DNA of 32,000 bases from Trichlorobacter lovleyi SZ (GTDB taxonomy: Bacteria > Desulfobacterota > Desulfuromonadia > Geobacterales > Pseudopelobacteraceae), in the NCBI RefSeq assembly GCF_000020385.1, contig NC_010814.1, positions 30,001 to 62,000 on the forward strand, written 5' to 3'. Of the stretch, positions 1 through 8,399 are shown in pieces; the first letter of the stretch is position 1, and each line of letters opens with the position of its first letter. The notes below the pieces were generated by a model that saw nothing but the letters and a program-made list of their open reading frames with translations, did no database searches and was not told the DNA's origin. The position numbers and the translations under genes are program-made.

Positions 1-1
1 G

Positions 2-844
2 CTCTTCATCGCCTCCACCAAAGACTTCCTGCTGTTCTTCTCCGATATGGGCCGGGTCTACCGGATCAAGGTCTATGAGATCCCGGAAGGCAGCCGTACC
101 ACCAAGGGTAAGGCGGTGGTGAACCTGGTCAATGTGCAGGAGGGAGAGAAGATCACCGCCATCCTGCCGGTGAAAGACCTGAACCGTGAAGACCTGTACC
201 TGCTGATGGCAACCCGCAACGGCGTGGTCAAGAAGACCCCGCTGGTGGAATATCTGAACATCCGGACCACCGGTATCAATGCGGTCAACCTGGATGAAGG
301 GGACAAGCTGATCTCAGTTGCCCTGACCGATGGTCAGAAGGATGTCTTCCTGGCTTCGCGCCACGGCAAGGCTATCCGCTTCCCTGAATCCGATGCCCGC
401 CCGATGGGCAGGGTTACCCGCGGTGTGCGGGGGATGAACCTTGAGGCACGGGACGAAGTGATCGGTATGGAGGTGGTTGACCCGACAGCAACCGGTTCCA
501 CCATCTTCACCCTGACCGAGAACGGCTTCGGCAAGCGGACCGACCTTGACGAGTATCGCGGCCAATCCCGTGGCGGCAAGGGTTTGATCACCATCAAGAC
601 CACCACCCGTAACGGTCTGGTGGTGGGCGTGATGCAGGTGAATGATGAGAACCAGCTGATGGTCATCACTGACCAGGGCAAGATCCTGCGGGTACCGGTG
701 GCCGGTTTCTCGGTGATTGGCCGTAACACCCAGGGGGTCAGGGTGATGGTGACTGAAGAACAGGAAAAGATCGTTGCCGTGGCCAAGCTGGCAGAGCGGG
801 ATGATGAGGACGGCATTGAGCCGGAAGGTGAAGAAGAAGTTTGA
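2..844 (+). CDS. gyrA: DNA gyrase subunit A, C-terminal domain (5' end outside window)
   Basis: Frame is open from nt 2 (LFIASTKDFLLFFSDMGRVYRIKVYEIPEGSRTTKGKAVVNL...). It shows repeated GyrA-CTD blade motifs including YRGQSRGGKG, an acidic tail, and TGA at 842-844. Confidence 0.9.
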   Translation, partial: LFIASTKDFLLFFSDMGRVYRIKVYEIPEGSRTTKGKAVVNLVNVQEGEKITAILPVKDLNREDLYLLMATRNGVVKKTPLVEYLNIRTTGINAVNLDEGDKLISVALTDGQKDVFLASRHGKAIRFPESDARPMGRVTRGVRGMNLEARDEVIGMEVVDPTATGSTIFTLTENGFGKRTDLDEYRGQSRGGKGLITIKTTTRNGLVVGVMQVNDENQLMVITDQGKILRVPVAGFSVIGRNTQGVRVMVTEEQEKIVAVAKLAERDDEDGIEPEGEEEV

Positions 845-848
845 TGTC

Positions 849-2444
849 ATGGAGTTAAATGCTGTTAGTAGACTTCGTACACTTGACACCAGTTACCGTG
901 AACGAAGGCGGATTGTCAGGCTGCTTGATTTTCTGACACGTGACGAACTGACCCGTGATCAGCTGGAGCGGATCGGCCGGCGTTTGCAGAAGTCGGGGCG
1001 GCGGGCCCTGCCGCCGCTGGTCAGACGGCTCTGGCAGGAGCAGGATCATGAGCGGATCTATCGCTATACCTGCATGCTGGACTTTTTTGATGCCACCATC
1101 TGGCTGGACCAGCTGGTGGCGTTAACCCTTAAACGCCGCGATCTGGCTGATGAAGGCAGACTGCCTCTGTTGGAAATTCTGCAGGATTACGGCATTGATG
1201 TCTCCTCCCCTCCCTTTTCCCGTGATGAGGTCACTGGCGCAACCCTGAACAGTTTCCTCGACCTCTGTCTGCAGGAAGGTTCCTGGGGCATGGTCCGCTT
1301 GATGGATCGCTTCCTGAATGCGGACGAGATGCTGCGGGACCAGCTGATCCGCCGCCTTGGCAGCCGGGCTGACCAGGGGGCTGCAGCCGCGGCATGTCTG
1401 AGAATGCTGGCCTGTTTCGAGTACCGTGAAGTCGCCGATCTGGCGGTTGAGAGCCTGGGTACCCTGCGGCACGGCTGTGCGCTGCAGGTGCTGCAGTCCT
1501 TGCACGACCTACCGGTAGAGGGGCTTGAAGAACGGATCAGCCGTAGTATCCGGCGGCTGGGCTTTCTGGGGATCAGAGAGTCTGAACCGCTCCCTGATCT
1601 GTTTGCAGAGCCGGCTGCACTGCTGATGGCCCAGGCAACGCCTCTGGACTGTTATGGGGTGCGGACACTCTGGTTTTCCTGGGAACTGTGCGATACCACC
1701 CTGGCAGGAATCGTGCTGCAACTGGGGGATCAGGACGGTGTGCGGCATGCCGTGGCTTCGCGTTTCCAGAACCGTCGCGAGCATGATGACTACCTGGATG
1801 AGATCAACGCGGAAGAAGGCCTGTATCCGGTGGGATATGCCTATGCCGTCAATGTGCTCAAGGATGCCCTGCAACAGAGTATTGAGCGCAGCTTCTATCT
1901 GCCGCCGGACCTCTATGCATGGCGCTACCTGTTTGGTGAGACTGACCTGCGACCAGCCGACTATGTCCCCGGCTTCCCGGTGGAACTGCTTGATGGCCTG
2001 CTGGACCGGATGGCGTCACTGCTGGCCGGTTGTGAAGAGTTGCTGGACGAACCGTTTTTTGAAGGCTGGCTTTTTACCGATCCTCTGATATATGAACTGG
2101 CTGAAGGCTGTGGGACCACCCCCCTCGGCAGCTGTTCTCCGGATACGCAGCAGTTGGTCATTGAGCGTTTCTGTACTGAACTGATTGAGCCGGATAAACC
2201 TGCGTTGCTGCGTCGATTGTTGTTAAGTGCCGATTTCATGCAACAAACTGACTGCCGGAAGCAGAGTATCCAGCAGGTGCTCGCATTAGGGCTCAGTCTG
2301 GCCGGATCACAGCTGCCGCTGAGCCGTCACCCCTTTATCAGACGACTGGGGTTTGACAGTATCGAGATGGCTCGCCAGGCCATGGTGGAAGGGTTTGATC
2401 CGCGCGCTAAACAGGCGTACGACGATGATGAGGAGTGGGAATGA
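849..2444 (+). CDS. Conserved hypothetical protein, helical-repeat-like, acidic C-terminus
   Basis: Long ORF. An ATG at 849 lies 5 nt after the gyrA stop; the upstream part of the ORF overlaps gyrA and is discounted. The stop overlaps the gpsA start (ATGA at 2441-2444). No family motif recognised. Confidence 0.6.
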   Translation: MELNAVSRLRTLDTSYRERRRIVRLLDFLTRDELTRDQLERIGRRLQKSGRRALPPLVRRLWQEQDHERIYRYTCMLDFFDATIWLDQLVALTLKRRDLADEGRLPLLEILQDYGIDVSSPPFSRDEVTGATLNSFLDLCLQEGSWGMVRLMDRFLNADEMLRDQLIRRLGSRADQGAAAAACLRMLACFEYREVADLAVESLGTLRHGCALQVLQSLHDLPVEGLEERISRSIRRLGFLGIRESEPLPDLFAEPAALLMAQATPLDCYGVRTLWFSWELCDTTLAGIVLQLGDQDGVRHAVASRFQNRREHDDYLDEINAEEGLYPVGYAYAVNVLKDALQQSIERSFYLPPDLYAWRYLFGETDLRPADYVPGFPVELLDGLLDRMASLLAGCEELLDEPFFEGWLFTDPLIYELAEGCGTTPLGSCSPDTQQLVIERFCTELIEPDKPALLRRLLLSADFMQQTDCRKQSIQQVLALGLSLAGSQLPLSRHPFIRRLGFDSIEMARQAMVEGFDPRAKQAYDDDEEWE

Positions 2445-3442
2445 AGATCGGAGTGATCGGAGCAGGCAGCTGGGGGACCGCCCTGGCTAACGTGGTCGCA
2501 GCAAACGGTCATGACACAACACTGTGGGCCTATGAACCGGAGCTGGTTACCGGCATGGCGGCAACCAGGGTCAATCATCTCTTTTTGCCCGGCATTGAGC
2601 TGCACCCCGGCCTTAACTATACCGGAGCACTGGCTGAAGCGGTCAGTGGTGCCGAACTGGTGCTGCTGGTGACGCCAACACAGGTCATGCGGAATCTGCT
2701 TGCCGATCTGGCCGGCTCAATTGCTCCCACAGCCATACTGGCAAGTGCCTCCAAGGGGATTGAACTGGGGACGCTCTGTACGGTCTCGCAGATCTGCTGC
2801 CAGGTGCTGGGTGATGCGGTACGGGAACGCTTTGTTGCCCTGTCCGGCCCGACCTTTGCCAAGGAGGTGGCTCTGGGCTTGCCGTCACTGATTGTTGCCG
2901 GCTCAGCCAATGATGCTGCAGCCCATACGGTGCAGGCTGCCTTCAGCAACCCGGTTTTCCGGGTCTATACCAGTGATGATGCCATCGGGGTCGAATTGGG
3001 CGGGGCGGTTAAAAATGTGATTGCCATTGCAGCCGGCATCAGTGACGGTCTGGGATTTGGTCACAATACCAGGGCTGCCCTGATTACCCGTGGTCTGGCA
3101 GAGATGAAGCGTCTGGGGCGGGCCATGGGGGCTCAGGATGCGACCTTTGCCGGCCTGGCAGGCATGGGTGATCTGGTGCTGACCTGTACCGGTGACCTGT
3201 CCCGCAACCGTACGGTGGGGGTCAAGCTGGGCCAGGGGCTGACCCTTGAGGTGATTATGGCAGAGATGCGAATGGTGGCTGAGGGGGTTAAATCGGCAGA
3301 ATCGGTTAATGCCCTGGCGCAAAAACTGGGCGTTGAGATGCCGATTACCCAGAAGGTCTATGAAATCCTCTACGGCAATAAACCGGCTCGGCAGGCGGTA
3401 CTGGAGCTGATGTCCCGTGACCTGAAGCCCGAACAGGCCTGA
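2441..3442 (+). CDS. gpsA: NAD(P)H-dependent glycerol-3-phosphate dehydrogenase
   Basis: MKIGVIGAGSWGTALA Rossmann N-terminus. GpsA-like motifs follow (GPTFAKEV, GGAVKNVIAIAAGISDGLGFG.N..AALITRGLAEM, GDLVLTCTG.LSRNR). Confidence 0.93.
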   Translation: MKIGVIGAGSWGTALANVVAANGHDTTLWAYEPELVTGMAATRVNHLFLPGIELHPGLNYTGALAEAVSGAELVLLVTPTQVMRNLLADLAGSIAPTAILASASKGIELGTLCTVSQICCQVLGDAVRERFVALSGPTFAKEVALGLPSLIVAGSANDAAAHTVQAAFSNPVFRVYTSDDAIGVELGGAVKNVIAIAAGISDGLGFGHNTRAALITRGLAEMKRLGRAMGAQDATFAGLAGMGDLVLTCTGDLSRNRTVGVKLGQGLTLEVIMAEMRMVAEGVKSAESVNALAQKLGVEMPITQKVYEILYGNKPARQAVLELMSRDLKPEQA

Positions 3443-3570
3443 GTCACCCGTACTTTGGCCTGTTTTTTACTGCTTTCTGCCAGTATCCCCGCGTCCTGCA
3501 GTAGATCTGCAATGGTCCAGATTCCGCCTGCAATCACAATAACCCCGCCCATAAAAATCATCGGTTCCAT
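3370..3570 (-). CDS. Possible small membrane protein (hypothetical)
   Basis: ATG at 3570 is preceded by GAGGGGGTGGG. The N-terminus MEPMIFMGGVIVIAGGIWTIADLL is hydrophobic. The 3' part overlaps the gpsA end and its terminator antisense, which argues against a real gene. Confidence 0.2.
   Translation of the reverse strand: MEPMIFMGGVIVIAGGIWTIADLLQDAGILAESSKKQAKVRVTQACSGFRSRDISSSTACRAGLLP
3433..3468 (+). terminator. Putative intrinsic terminator after gpsA
   Basis: ACAGGCC (3433-3439) pairs with GGCCTGT (3457-3463) and is followed by a T-run to 3468. The loop is long (17 nt), so the call is moderate. Confidence 0.45.
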
Positions 3571-3659
3571 AACCCACCCCCTCTGTTTTGGAGACAGTAT
3601 CATGGTGCCATGACAGAAAATGTCCTTTTGGGATTTGTGCTGGAAAACTTGCTGAAAGA

Positions 3660-4475
3660 TCAGGGTTCACCCTGCTCGGCATCACCGGAAAGCAGTACGA
3701 TATCTACCCGCCGATTCTTGGAGCGACCTTCGGGGGTGCTGTTTTCCGCAGTGGGACGGAATTCTCCATACCCGGTTGCCGATAGTTTGCCCGGTTCAAC
3801 ATCGTAATTCTTCTGCAGGTAGCGCAGCACATTGGTGGCGCGGGAGACTGACAGCTCCCAGTTGGAAGGAAACAGCGGAGTGCTGATCGGTATGTTGTCG
3901 GTGTGCCCCTCAACCCGCAACGGATTGGAGTATTGGGTCATGGCTTCGAGGATCGTATTGAGCAACTGATATCCTGCCGGTTTGATCACCGCAGAGCCTG
4001 AATCAAAAAAACCGGCCTCCTTCAGGCTGACCACCAGGCCGCGCCGGGTAATCCCGATGGATACCTTGTTCTGGGCGCCATGCTTGATCAGGTAGGCCTC
4101 AATGGCAGACTGGATCTCTTTAAATTCCTTTTCCTCTGCCTTGGTTTTCCCTCGCCCCTTGTCCATGCCGCCCTGTCTCGGGCCAGCCGGCGGCATCTTG
4201 TTAATCATGGGAATAACGGCCATTTCTGGCTTGATTGCGGGGATCGGCTTGATATCCTGGGACTGCAACACCCCGCGTTGCCCTGCAGCGGCCTGGGTGG
4301 AATAGCCGAACGACTCCCGCATGGCGGCAGCTACTTCCTCGACCTTTTTCTTATCGGTCTGGGACATGGCATACATGGTGACAAACACGGCAAACAACAG
4401 GGTGATGAAGTCAGCATAGGAGACCAGCCAGCGTTCATGGTTGGCATGTTTTTCAGGCTCTTTTTTCAGTGCCAC
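3660..4475 (-). CDS. motB: Flagellar motor stator protein MotB (OmpA-like peptidoglycan-binding C-terminus)
   Basis: GTG start at 4475 with AGGAG 8 nt upstream. Contains HERWLVSYADFITLLFAVFV (the TM segment with the conserved Asp). The OmpA-like C-terminus reads VEGHTDN.P...FPSNWELS.SRA..V.RYL....NRRVDIVL. Confidence 0.85.
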   Translation of the reverse strand: MALKKEPEKHANHERWLVSYADFITLLFAVFVTMYAMSQTDKKKVEEVAAAMRESFGYSTQAAAGQRGVLQSQDIKPIPAIKPEMAVIPMINKMPPAGPRQGGMDKGRGKTKAEEKEFKEIQSAIEAYLIKHGAQNKVSIGITRRGLVVSLKEAGFFDSGSAVIKPAGYQLLNTILEAMTQYSNPLRVEGHTDNIPISTPLFPSNWELSVSRATNVLRYLQKNYDVEPGKLSATGYGEFRPTAENSTPEGRSKNRRVDIVLLSGDAEQGEP

Positions 4476-4486
4476 GTCTGAGGCTC

Positions 4487-5236
4487 CTAGTGCTCTTCAC
4501 CGGCAAAGGCCTTCAGCTTTTGCTCAATAAAGTGAGGGTTTTCACCGTTCTGGATCGCAATCAGGCCTTCGACAATCATGACCCGCCGCAATACCTCTTC
4601 CTTCATCCTGATCTTGATCTTGGAGCCGATCGGCAGACAGATGATGTTGGCGGTCATCAGGCCGTAGATAGTGGCAACGAAGGCGGCAGCAATACCAGCA
4701 CCAAGTTTTGAGGTGTCGGACAGGTTGCCCATAACGTGGATCAAACCGAGCACGGCGCCGATAATACCGATGGTGGGAGAGTATCCGCCAGCCGCTTCAA
4801 AAAATTCAACCGAGTGTTTTTTGTGATCTTCATAGGCCATGATCTCGGCCTCAAGGGTCTCGCGCAGCTTCTGGGGATCGATGCCGTCAACCACCAGTGA
4901 AATCCCTTTTTTGATAAAGGGGTCTTTGGCGTTCTGTGCTTCCTGCTCCAGCGAGATCAGGCCGTTACGGCGGGCCTTGGTGGCGTAGCCGATAATGTCT
5001 TTCACCACCGCTTCCGGGTCAACCTTGGGAGGTAGAAAGGCGGTCTTGATATCCTTGAAACCGTTGATACAGGCAGCCAGCGGAAAGGAAATAAAGACGG
5101 CGCCAAAGGTGCCGCCCAACACGATCAGCGCTGATGTGGGTGAAATGAGCGCACTGACATGCACACCTTCCAGTACAGCTCCACCGAAGACAGCGCCAAA
5201 GCCGAGTGCAAGGCCGATGATTGTTGCTAAATCCAT
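4487..5236 (-). CDS. motA: Flagellar motor stator protein MotA (MotA/TolQ/ExbB proton channel family)
   Basis: 249 aa with four hydrophobic segments and a MotA-like C-terminal channel region (GAGIAAAFVATIYGL..AN....P). Its stop lies within the motB RBS, and flbD stops 4 nt upstream of its start. Confidence 0.87.
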   Translation of the reverse strand: MDLATIIGLALGFGAVFGGAVLEGVHVSALISPTSALIVLGGTFGAVFISFPLAACINGFKDIKTAFLPPKVDPEAVVKDIIGYATKARRNGLISLEQEAQNAKDPFIKKGISLVVDGIDPQKLRETLEAEIMAYEDHKKHSVEFFEAAGGYSPTIGIIGAVLGLIHVMGNLSDTSKLGAGIAAAFVATIYGLMTANIICLPIGSKIKIRMKEEVLRRVMIVEGLIAIQNGENPHFIEQKLKAFAGEEH

Positions 5237-5239
5237 AGA

Positions 5240-5557
5240 TCAGGTGTCCTGACGGTGAAGTGGGTGTAGTGTTGCTTTGGTATCGTCGGCAAGGAAATGC
5301 TCGCTCTCAGTGCGATGATAGCGAGAATTCCGCTGCCGCCGCAGATAGGCGTGACCATTGGGAACAGCCCCTGAGCGGCGTAACACCTTGGACCTGAAGG
5401 CGATGATCCGGTTCAGAATGACCTGACAGTGCTCACGGACAAGTATGTGATGGCCGTTAAACAGCGTAATCACCGTATCAGGGGTCTCTTCGACACTGAC
5501 GATATGGTCAGGGTTCAGAAACATGGTTTGCCGGTCAAGACGGGTGACCAGGATCAT
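5240..5557 (-). CDS. flbD: Flagellar FlbD family protein with extended C-terminus
   Basis: MILVTRLDRQTMFLNPDHIVSVEETPDTVITLFNGHHILVRE matches the FlbD signature as I recall it. It sits immediately upstream of motA. Confidence 0.75.
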   Translation of the reverse strand: MILVTRLDRQTMFLNPDHIVSVEETPDTVITLFNGHHILVREHCQVILNRIIAFRSKVLRRSGAVPNGHAYLRRQRNSRYHRTESEHFLADDTKATLHPLHRQDT

Positions 5558-5584
5558 GTAGTCCTCTAAGTTGATTTTTCACTA

Positions 5585-5612
5585 ACAATATCAAACAACT
5601 GGATATGGTCAA
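5585..5612 (-). promoter_or_regulatory. Candidate sigma70-type promoter for flbD-motA-motB
   Basis: Minus strand reads TTGACC, a 16-nt spacer, then TATTGT, about 30 nt upstream of the flbD start. Confidence 0.3.
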
Positions 5613-5647
5613 GCTTTTTCGGTTGTGAAGGTTGCTGTTGAGCCCGG

Positions 5648-6745
5648 CTAGGAGCCGAGCATTGCGTCTATCGCATCAAAACTTATATACTTTTCGGCAA
5701 TTGAGTTAATAAGTTCAATCTTTTCCGTATCGTCAGGTCCGATTTTTGAAACGTGTTCCCGCAGGCGGTAATAGACCTGGGAAGTGGTATCCTCAATCCT
5801 GATATACGGGATATTGCTGTCTTCCAGGATGCGCTGGGTGATGCCTGACATTGGCGCATGACCGGCAATGATCAGCCCTGCCAGGCGTTGGCGGAATTCC
5901 GGGATATGGTGCAGGGATGAGGCGGTCACGATCAGCTCGTCGCGGGAGCTGGTCACGATCAGCAGGGTTGACTCCTCCAGGCTGTCAATCACCCGCTGCG
6001 ATGAGGCGGCACCCAGCTGGATGGTGTGACAGATCCGGCTGCGGTCGGCAGGGTCACCATGTAACGGCAGCTCCAGCAGCTCACCTACGTGCTGCAGGGT
6101 CGGGTCTGCCAGAATGGGAGAATAATCAAAGGCACTGGTGACCAGCAGCTGCTGGTGCTGGAACGCCTTGGTCAGATAGGCCAGAGAGCGCTCGCGCTTT
6201 TCCGGTACCAGCTTGTTGGCCATGATGACCCGTACATTGGCCTGTTCGCGGGCATACAGGGCCAGATTCAGTTCTACCGCATCAATAACGTTGCCGATGC
6301 CGCCACCGGTCACCATCAAAACCGGCGCCCCCAGCATGGCAGCCACCTGGGCGTTATTGACGCCTACCACGGAACCAACGCCGCCATGCCCGGCCCCTTC
6401 AATAATCAGAAAATCAAACTGTTGTTCAAGCTCGGCGCAGGCCTTGAGGATTGCCTGCCGCGGTGCCAGCGGATCAATCTTGCCATCCAGAAACTGACGG
6501 GTCGAGCCGGGGGTCAGGGTCATGGGGGACATCAGGTGCGCAACGTCATCCATACCAAAGACACTGGAGAACATGGCGGCATCCTTGTCCATGGTCAGGC
6601 CGCGATACTGGATGCACTTGGGGCCGATCGGCTTCATGAAGCCAACCCGCCGGTATTTCTGGAGGGCCAGGTGCATCAGCGAGAGTGAGATGGTGGTCTT
6701 GCCGCAATGCTGACCGGTTGCGCCGATGAAAATCTTTCTGCACAT
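5648..6745 (-). CDS. BioD-like P-loop + DRTGG domain protein (phosphotransacetylase N-terminal-like, no PTA catalytic domain)
   Basis: Start chosen at MCRKIFIGATGQHCGKTTISLSL (P-loop GxxGxGKT). The C-terminal DRTGG-like segment reads LLIVTSSRDELIVTA...LAGLIIAGHAPMSGI..R.LEDSNIPYIRIEDTT. The ATG lies 2 nt after the PilZ stop. Confidence 0.75.
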   Translation of the reverse strand: MCRKIFIGATGQHCGKTTISLSLMHLALQKYRRVGFMKPIGPKCIQYRGLTMDKDAAMFSSVFGMDDVAHLMSPMTLTPGSTRQFLDGKIDPLAPRQAILKACAELEQQFDFLIIEGAGHGGVGSVVGVNNAQVAAMLGAPVLMVTGGGIGNVIDAVELNLALYAREQANVRVIMANKLVPEKRERSLAYLTKAFQHQQLLVTSAFDYSPILADPTLQHVGELLELPLHGDPADRSRICHTIQLGAASSQRVIDSLEESTLLIVTSSRDELIVTASSLHHIPEFRQRLAGLIIAGHAPMSGITQRILEDSNIPYIRIEDTTSQVYYRLREHVSKIGPDDTEKIELINSIAEKYISFDAIDAMLGS

Positions 6746-6747
6746 AG

Positions 6748-7101
6748 CTAGTGTCCCTCTGCGACCGTCTGGGCAGGATAGTCGCACAGCCCCATGTAAC
6801 GGTCACGTCCGTTATGGAAGCGGATAATCCGCACCCCCATGCCGCTCTTTTTTACCAGGTGGAACAGGTTCTGGGGAACCCGTTTGGCCCACATGACTCT
6901 GGCGTCAAAGCAGATCGGCTGGTCGTCGACCAGCAGTTCAATCCTGAGGACAGTATTGGGGTTACAGACATTGGCGGTCTTGATGAACAGTCCGAGCGGC
7001 GAGAGATCTTCAGTAAAGGCACGTCTGCTGGCGGCCTCATCAGTACCAAAACAAAGGGCTATCCGTTTGCGTTTCCGGTCATTGTTGCGCTTGTCGGCCA
7101 T
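6748..7101 (-). CDS. Single-domain PilZ protein (c-di-GMP receptor motifs intact)
   Basis: RKRKR (RxxxR) and DLSPLG (DxSxxG) motifs. Start taken at MADKRNN with GGGAG upstream. The ORF-track N-terminal extension to 7296 runs through the AT-rich promoter region and is discounted. Confidence 0.75.
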   Translation of the reverse strand: MADKRNNDRKRKRIALCFGTDEAASRRAFTEDLSPLGLFIKTANVCNPNTVLRIELLVDDQPICFDARVMWAKRVPQNLFHLVKKSGMGVRIIRFHNGRDRYMGLCDYPAQTVAEGH

Positions 7102-7204
7102 AGGAACCATCTCCCGGGAAAGGTAATAAAATAAAAGAATACCATAGTATTTGAAAACTGCACCTTTACTCTGTGCCGGGCTGGTTACGCACAGGAGAAT
7201 ACCG

Positions 7205-7233
7205 TTGACAATCAGAGGTGAATCCACTAGGTT
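7205..7233 (+). promoter_or_regulatory. Candidate sigma70-type promoter for the thi leader
   Basis: TTGACA (7205-7210), a 17-nt spacer, then TAGGTT (7228-7233), about 30 nt upstream of the riboswitch P1 stem. Confidence 0.35.
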
Positions 7234-7265
7234 TGACTTACGTTCTTTATGTTTAACCATGTAAA

Positions 7266-7348
7266 CCGCTAGGGGAGTTTCGACTGAGAGCAGCAACCGG
7301 CTGCGACCCTTGGAACCTGATCCGGGTAATTCCGGCGTAGGGAAGCGG
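7266..7348 (+). promoter_or_regulatory. TPP (THI-box) riboswitch aptamer
   Basis: CCGCUAGGGGAG...CUGAGA...ACCCUUGGAACCUGAUCCGGGUAAUUCCGGCGUAGGGAAGCGG matches the conserved THI element core. The P1 stem is CCGCU/AGCGG. It sits directly upstream of thiS-thiG-thiE. Confidence 0.92.
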
Positions 7349-7370
7349 ACGATTTCGAATACCGACGAAT

Positions 7371-7397
7371 CGCCGCCCTTCCAGGCGGCTTTTTTTA
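7371..7397 (+). terminator. Riboswitch expression-platform intrinsic terminator
   Basis: GCCGCC-cttcca-GGCGGC hairpin followed by T7. The CUUCC in the loop and stem region can alternatively pair with GGAAG of the aptamer 3' side. Confidence 0.65.
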
Positions 7398-7415
7398 TTG
7401 CAGGAGGTACGTACC

Positions 7416-7616
7416 ATGCAGGTCATGATCAATGGAGAAATGCGGCAGCTTGCCGACGGGACCACGGTCGGACAACTGCTGGAGCAGTTGCAGATTCCGG
7501 CCACACGGGTAGCTGTGGAACGCAACCTGGAGATCGTTCCCAAGGCCCGCTATGCTGAGCAGACGTTGCAGGATGGGGACAGGATCGAGATAGTCCATTT
7601 TGTAGGGGGAGGATAG
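7416..7616 (+). CDS. thiS: Sulfur carrier protein ThiS
   Basis: AGGAGG RBS, then ATG at 7416. The protein is 66 aa and ends in the ...VHFVGGG C-terminal Gly-Gly. Confidence 0.87.
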   Translation: MQVMINGEMRQLADGTTVGQLLEQLQIPATRVAVERNLEIVPKARYAEQTLQDGDRIEIVHFVGGG

Positions 7617-7619
7617 CGG

Positions 7620-8399
7620 ATGTCTAAAGGTAAACTGACAATTGCAGGAAGAGAGTTCAATTCCCGTTTGATGGTGGGGACCGGCAAATATGCCAGCAAT
7701 GAGCAGATGGTGGCTGCGCTGGAGGCCTCCGGTGCCGAGATCATTACTGTGGCTGTCCGGCGGGTCAACCTGGCTGAGATGGGCAAGGGCTGCATGCTGG
7801 ATTACATTGACCCCAAGAAATACACCCTGCTGCCCAATACCGCAGCCTGCTTCACGGCTGACGATGCGATCCGTACCTGCCGTCTGGCCCGTGAGGCCGG
7901 TCTGTCAGACATGGTCAAGCTGGAGGTGCTGGGTGATGAAAAGACCCTCTTCCCGGATAATGAAGAACTGCTCAAGGCAGCCAAGGTTCTGGTTGCCGAG
8001 GGCTTCACGGTACTGCCTTACTGCAGTGATGACGTGATCCTCTGCAAGAAGCTGGAACAGTTGGGCTGCGCTGCCGTGATGCCGCTGGCTGCACCGATCG
8101 GTAGCGGTCTGGGTATCCGCAACCCGTACAACCTGAAGATCATCATGGAAGCGGTCAAGGTACCGGTGATTGTGGATGCCGGTGTCGGCACCGCTTCTGA
8201 TGCAGCACTGGCTATGGAGCTGGGCTGTGACGGTATCCTGATGAACACCGCCATTGCCGGCGCCAAAGATCCAATTGCCATGGCCACCGCCATGAAGCTG
8301 GGGGTTGAGGCAGGGCGTCTGGCCTATGAGGCGGGTCGGATACCGAAGAAGCTGTATGCCACCGCTTCCAGTCCGTTGACAGACCTGATCGGTTCGTGA
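7620..8399 (+). CDS. thiG: Thiazole synthase ThiG
   Basis: Contains [24 protein letters not shown]...L.PD, VMP...PIGSG.G and the NTAIA motif, all typical of ThiG. Confidence 0.93.
   Translation: MSKGKLTIAGREFNSRLMVGTGKYASNEQMVAALEASGAEIITVAVRRVNLAEMGKGCMLDYIDPKKYTLLPNTAACFTADDAIRTCRLAREAGLSDMVKLEVLGDEKTLFPDNEELLKAAKVLVAEGFTVLPYCSDDVILCKKLEQLGCAAVMPLAAPIGSGLGIRNPYNLKIIMEAVKVPVIVDAGVGTASDAALAMELGCDGILMNTAIAGAKDPIAMATAMKLGVEAGRLAYEAGRIPKKLYATASSPLTDLIGS

Noticed and set aside
3660-5236. MotA/MotB homologues as a Zorya (ZorAB) anti-phage system
   Set aside because: MotA here is normal stator size (249 aa) without the long ZorA tail. It is preceded by flbD. No ZorC/ZorD-like genes follow. A flagellar stator is the simpler reading.
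7102-7296. N-terminal extension of the PilZ ORF (182-aa version)
   Set aside because: The extension crosses the AT-rich promoter region and abuts the riboswitch. An RBS-supported internal start gives a normal 117-aa PilZ domain.
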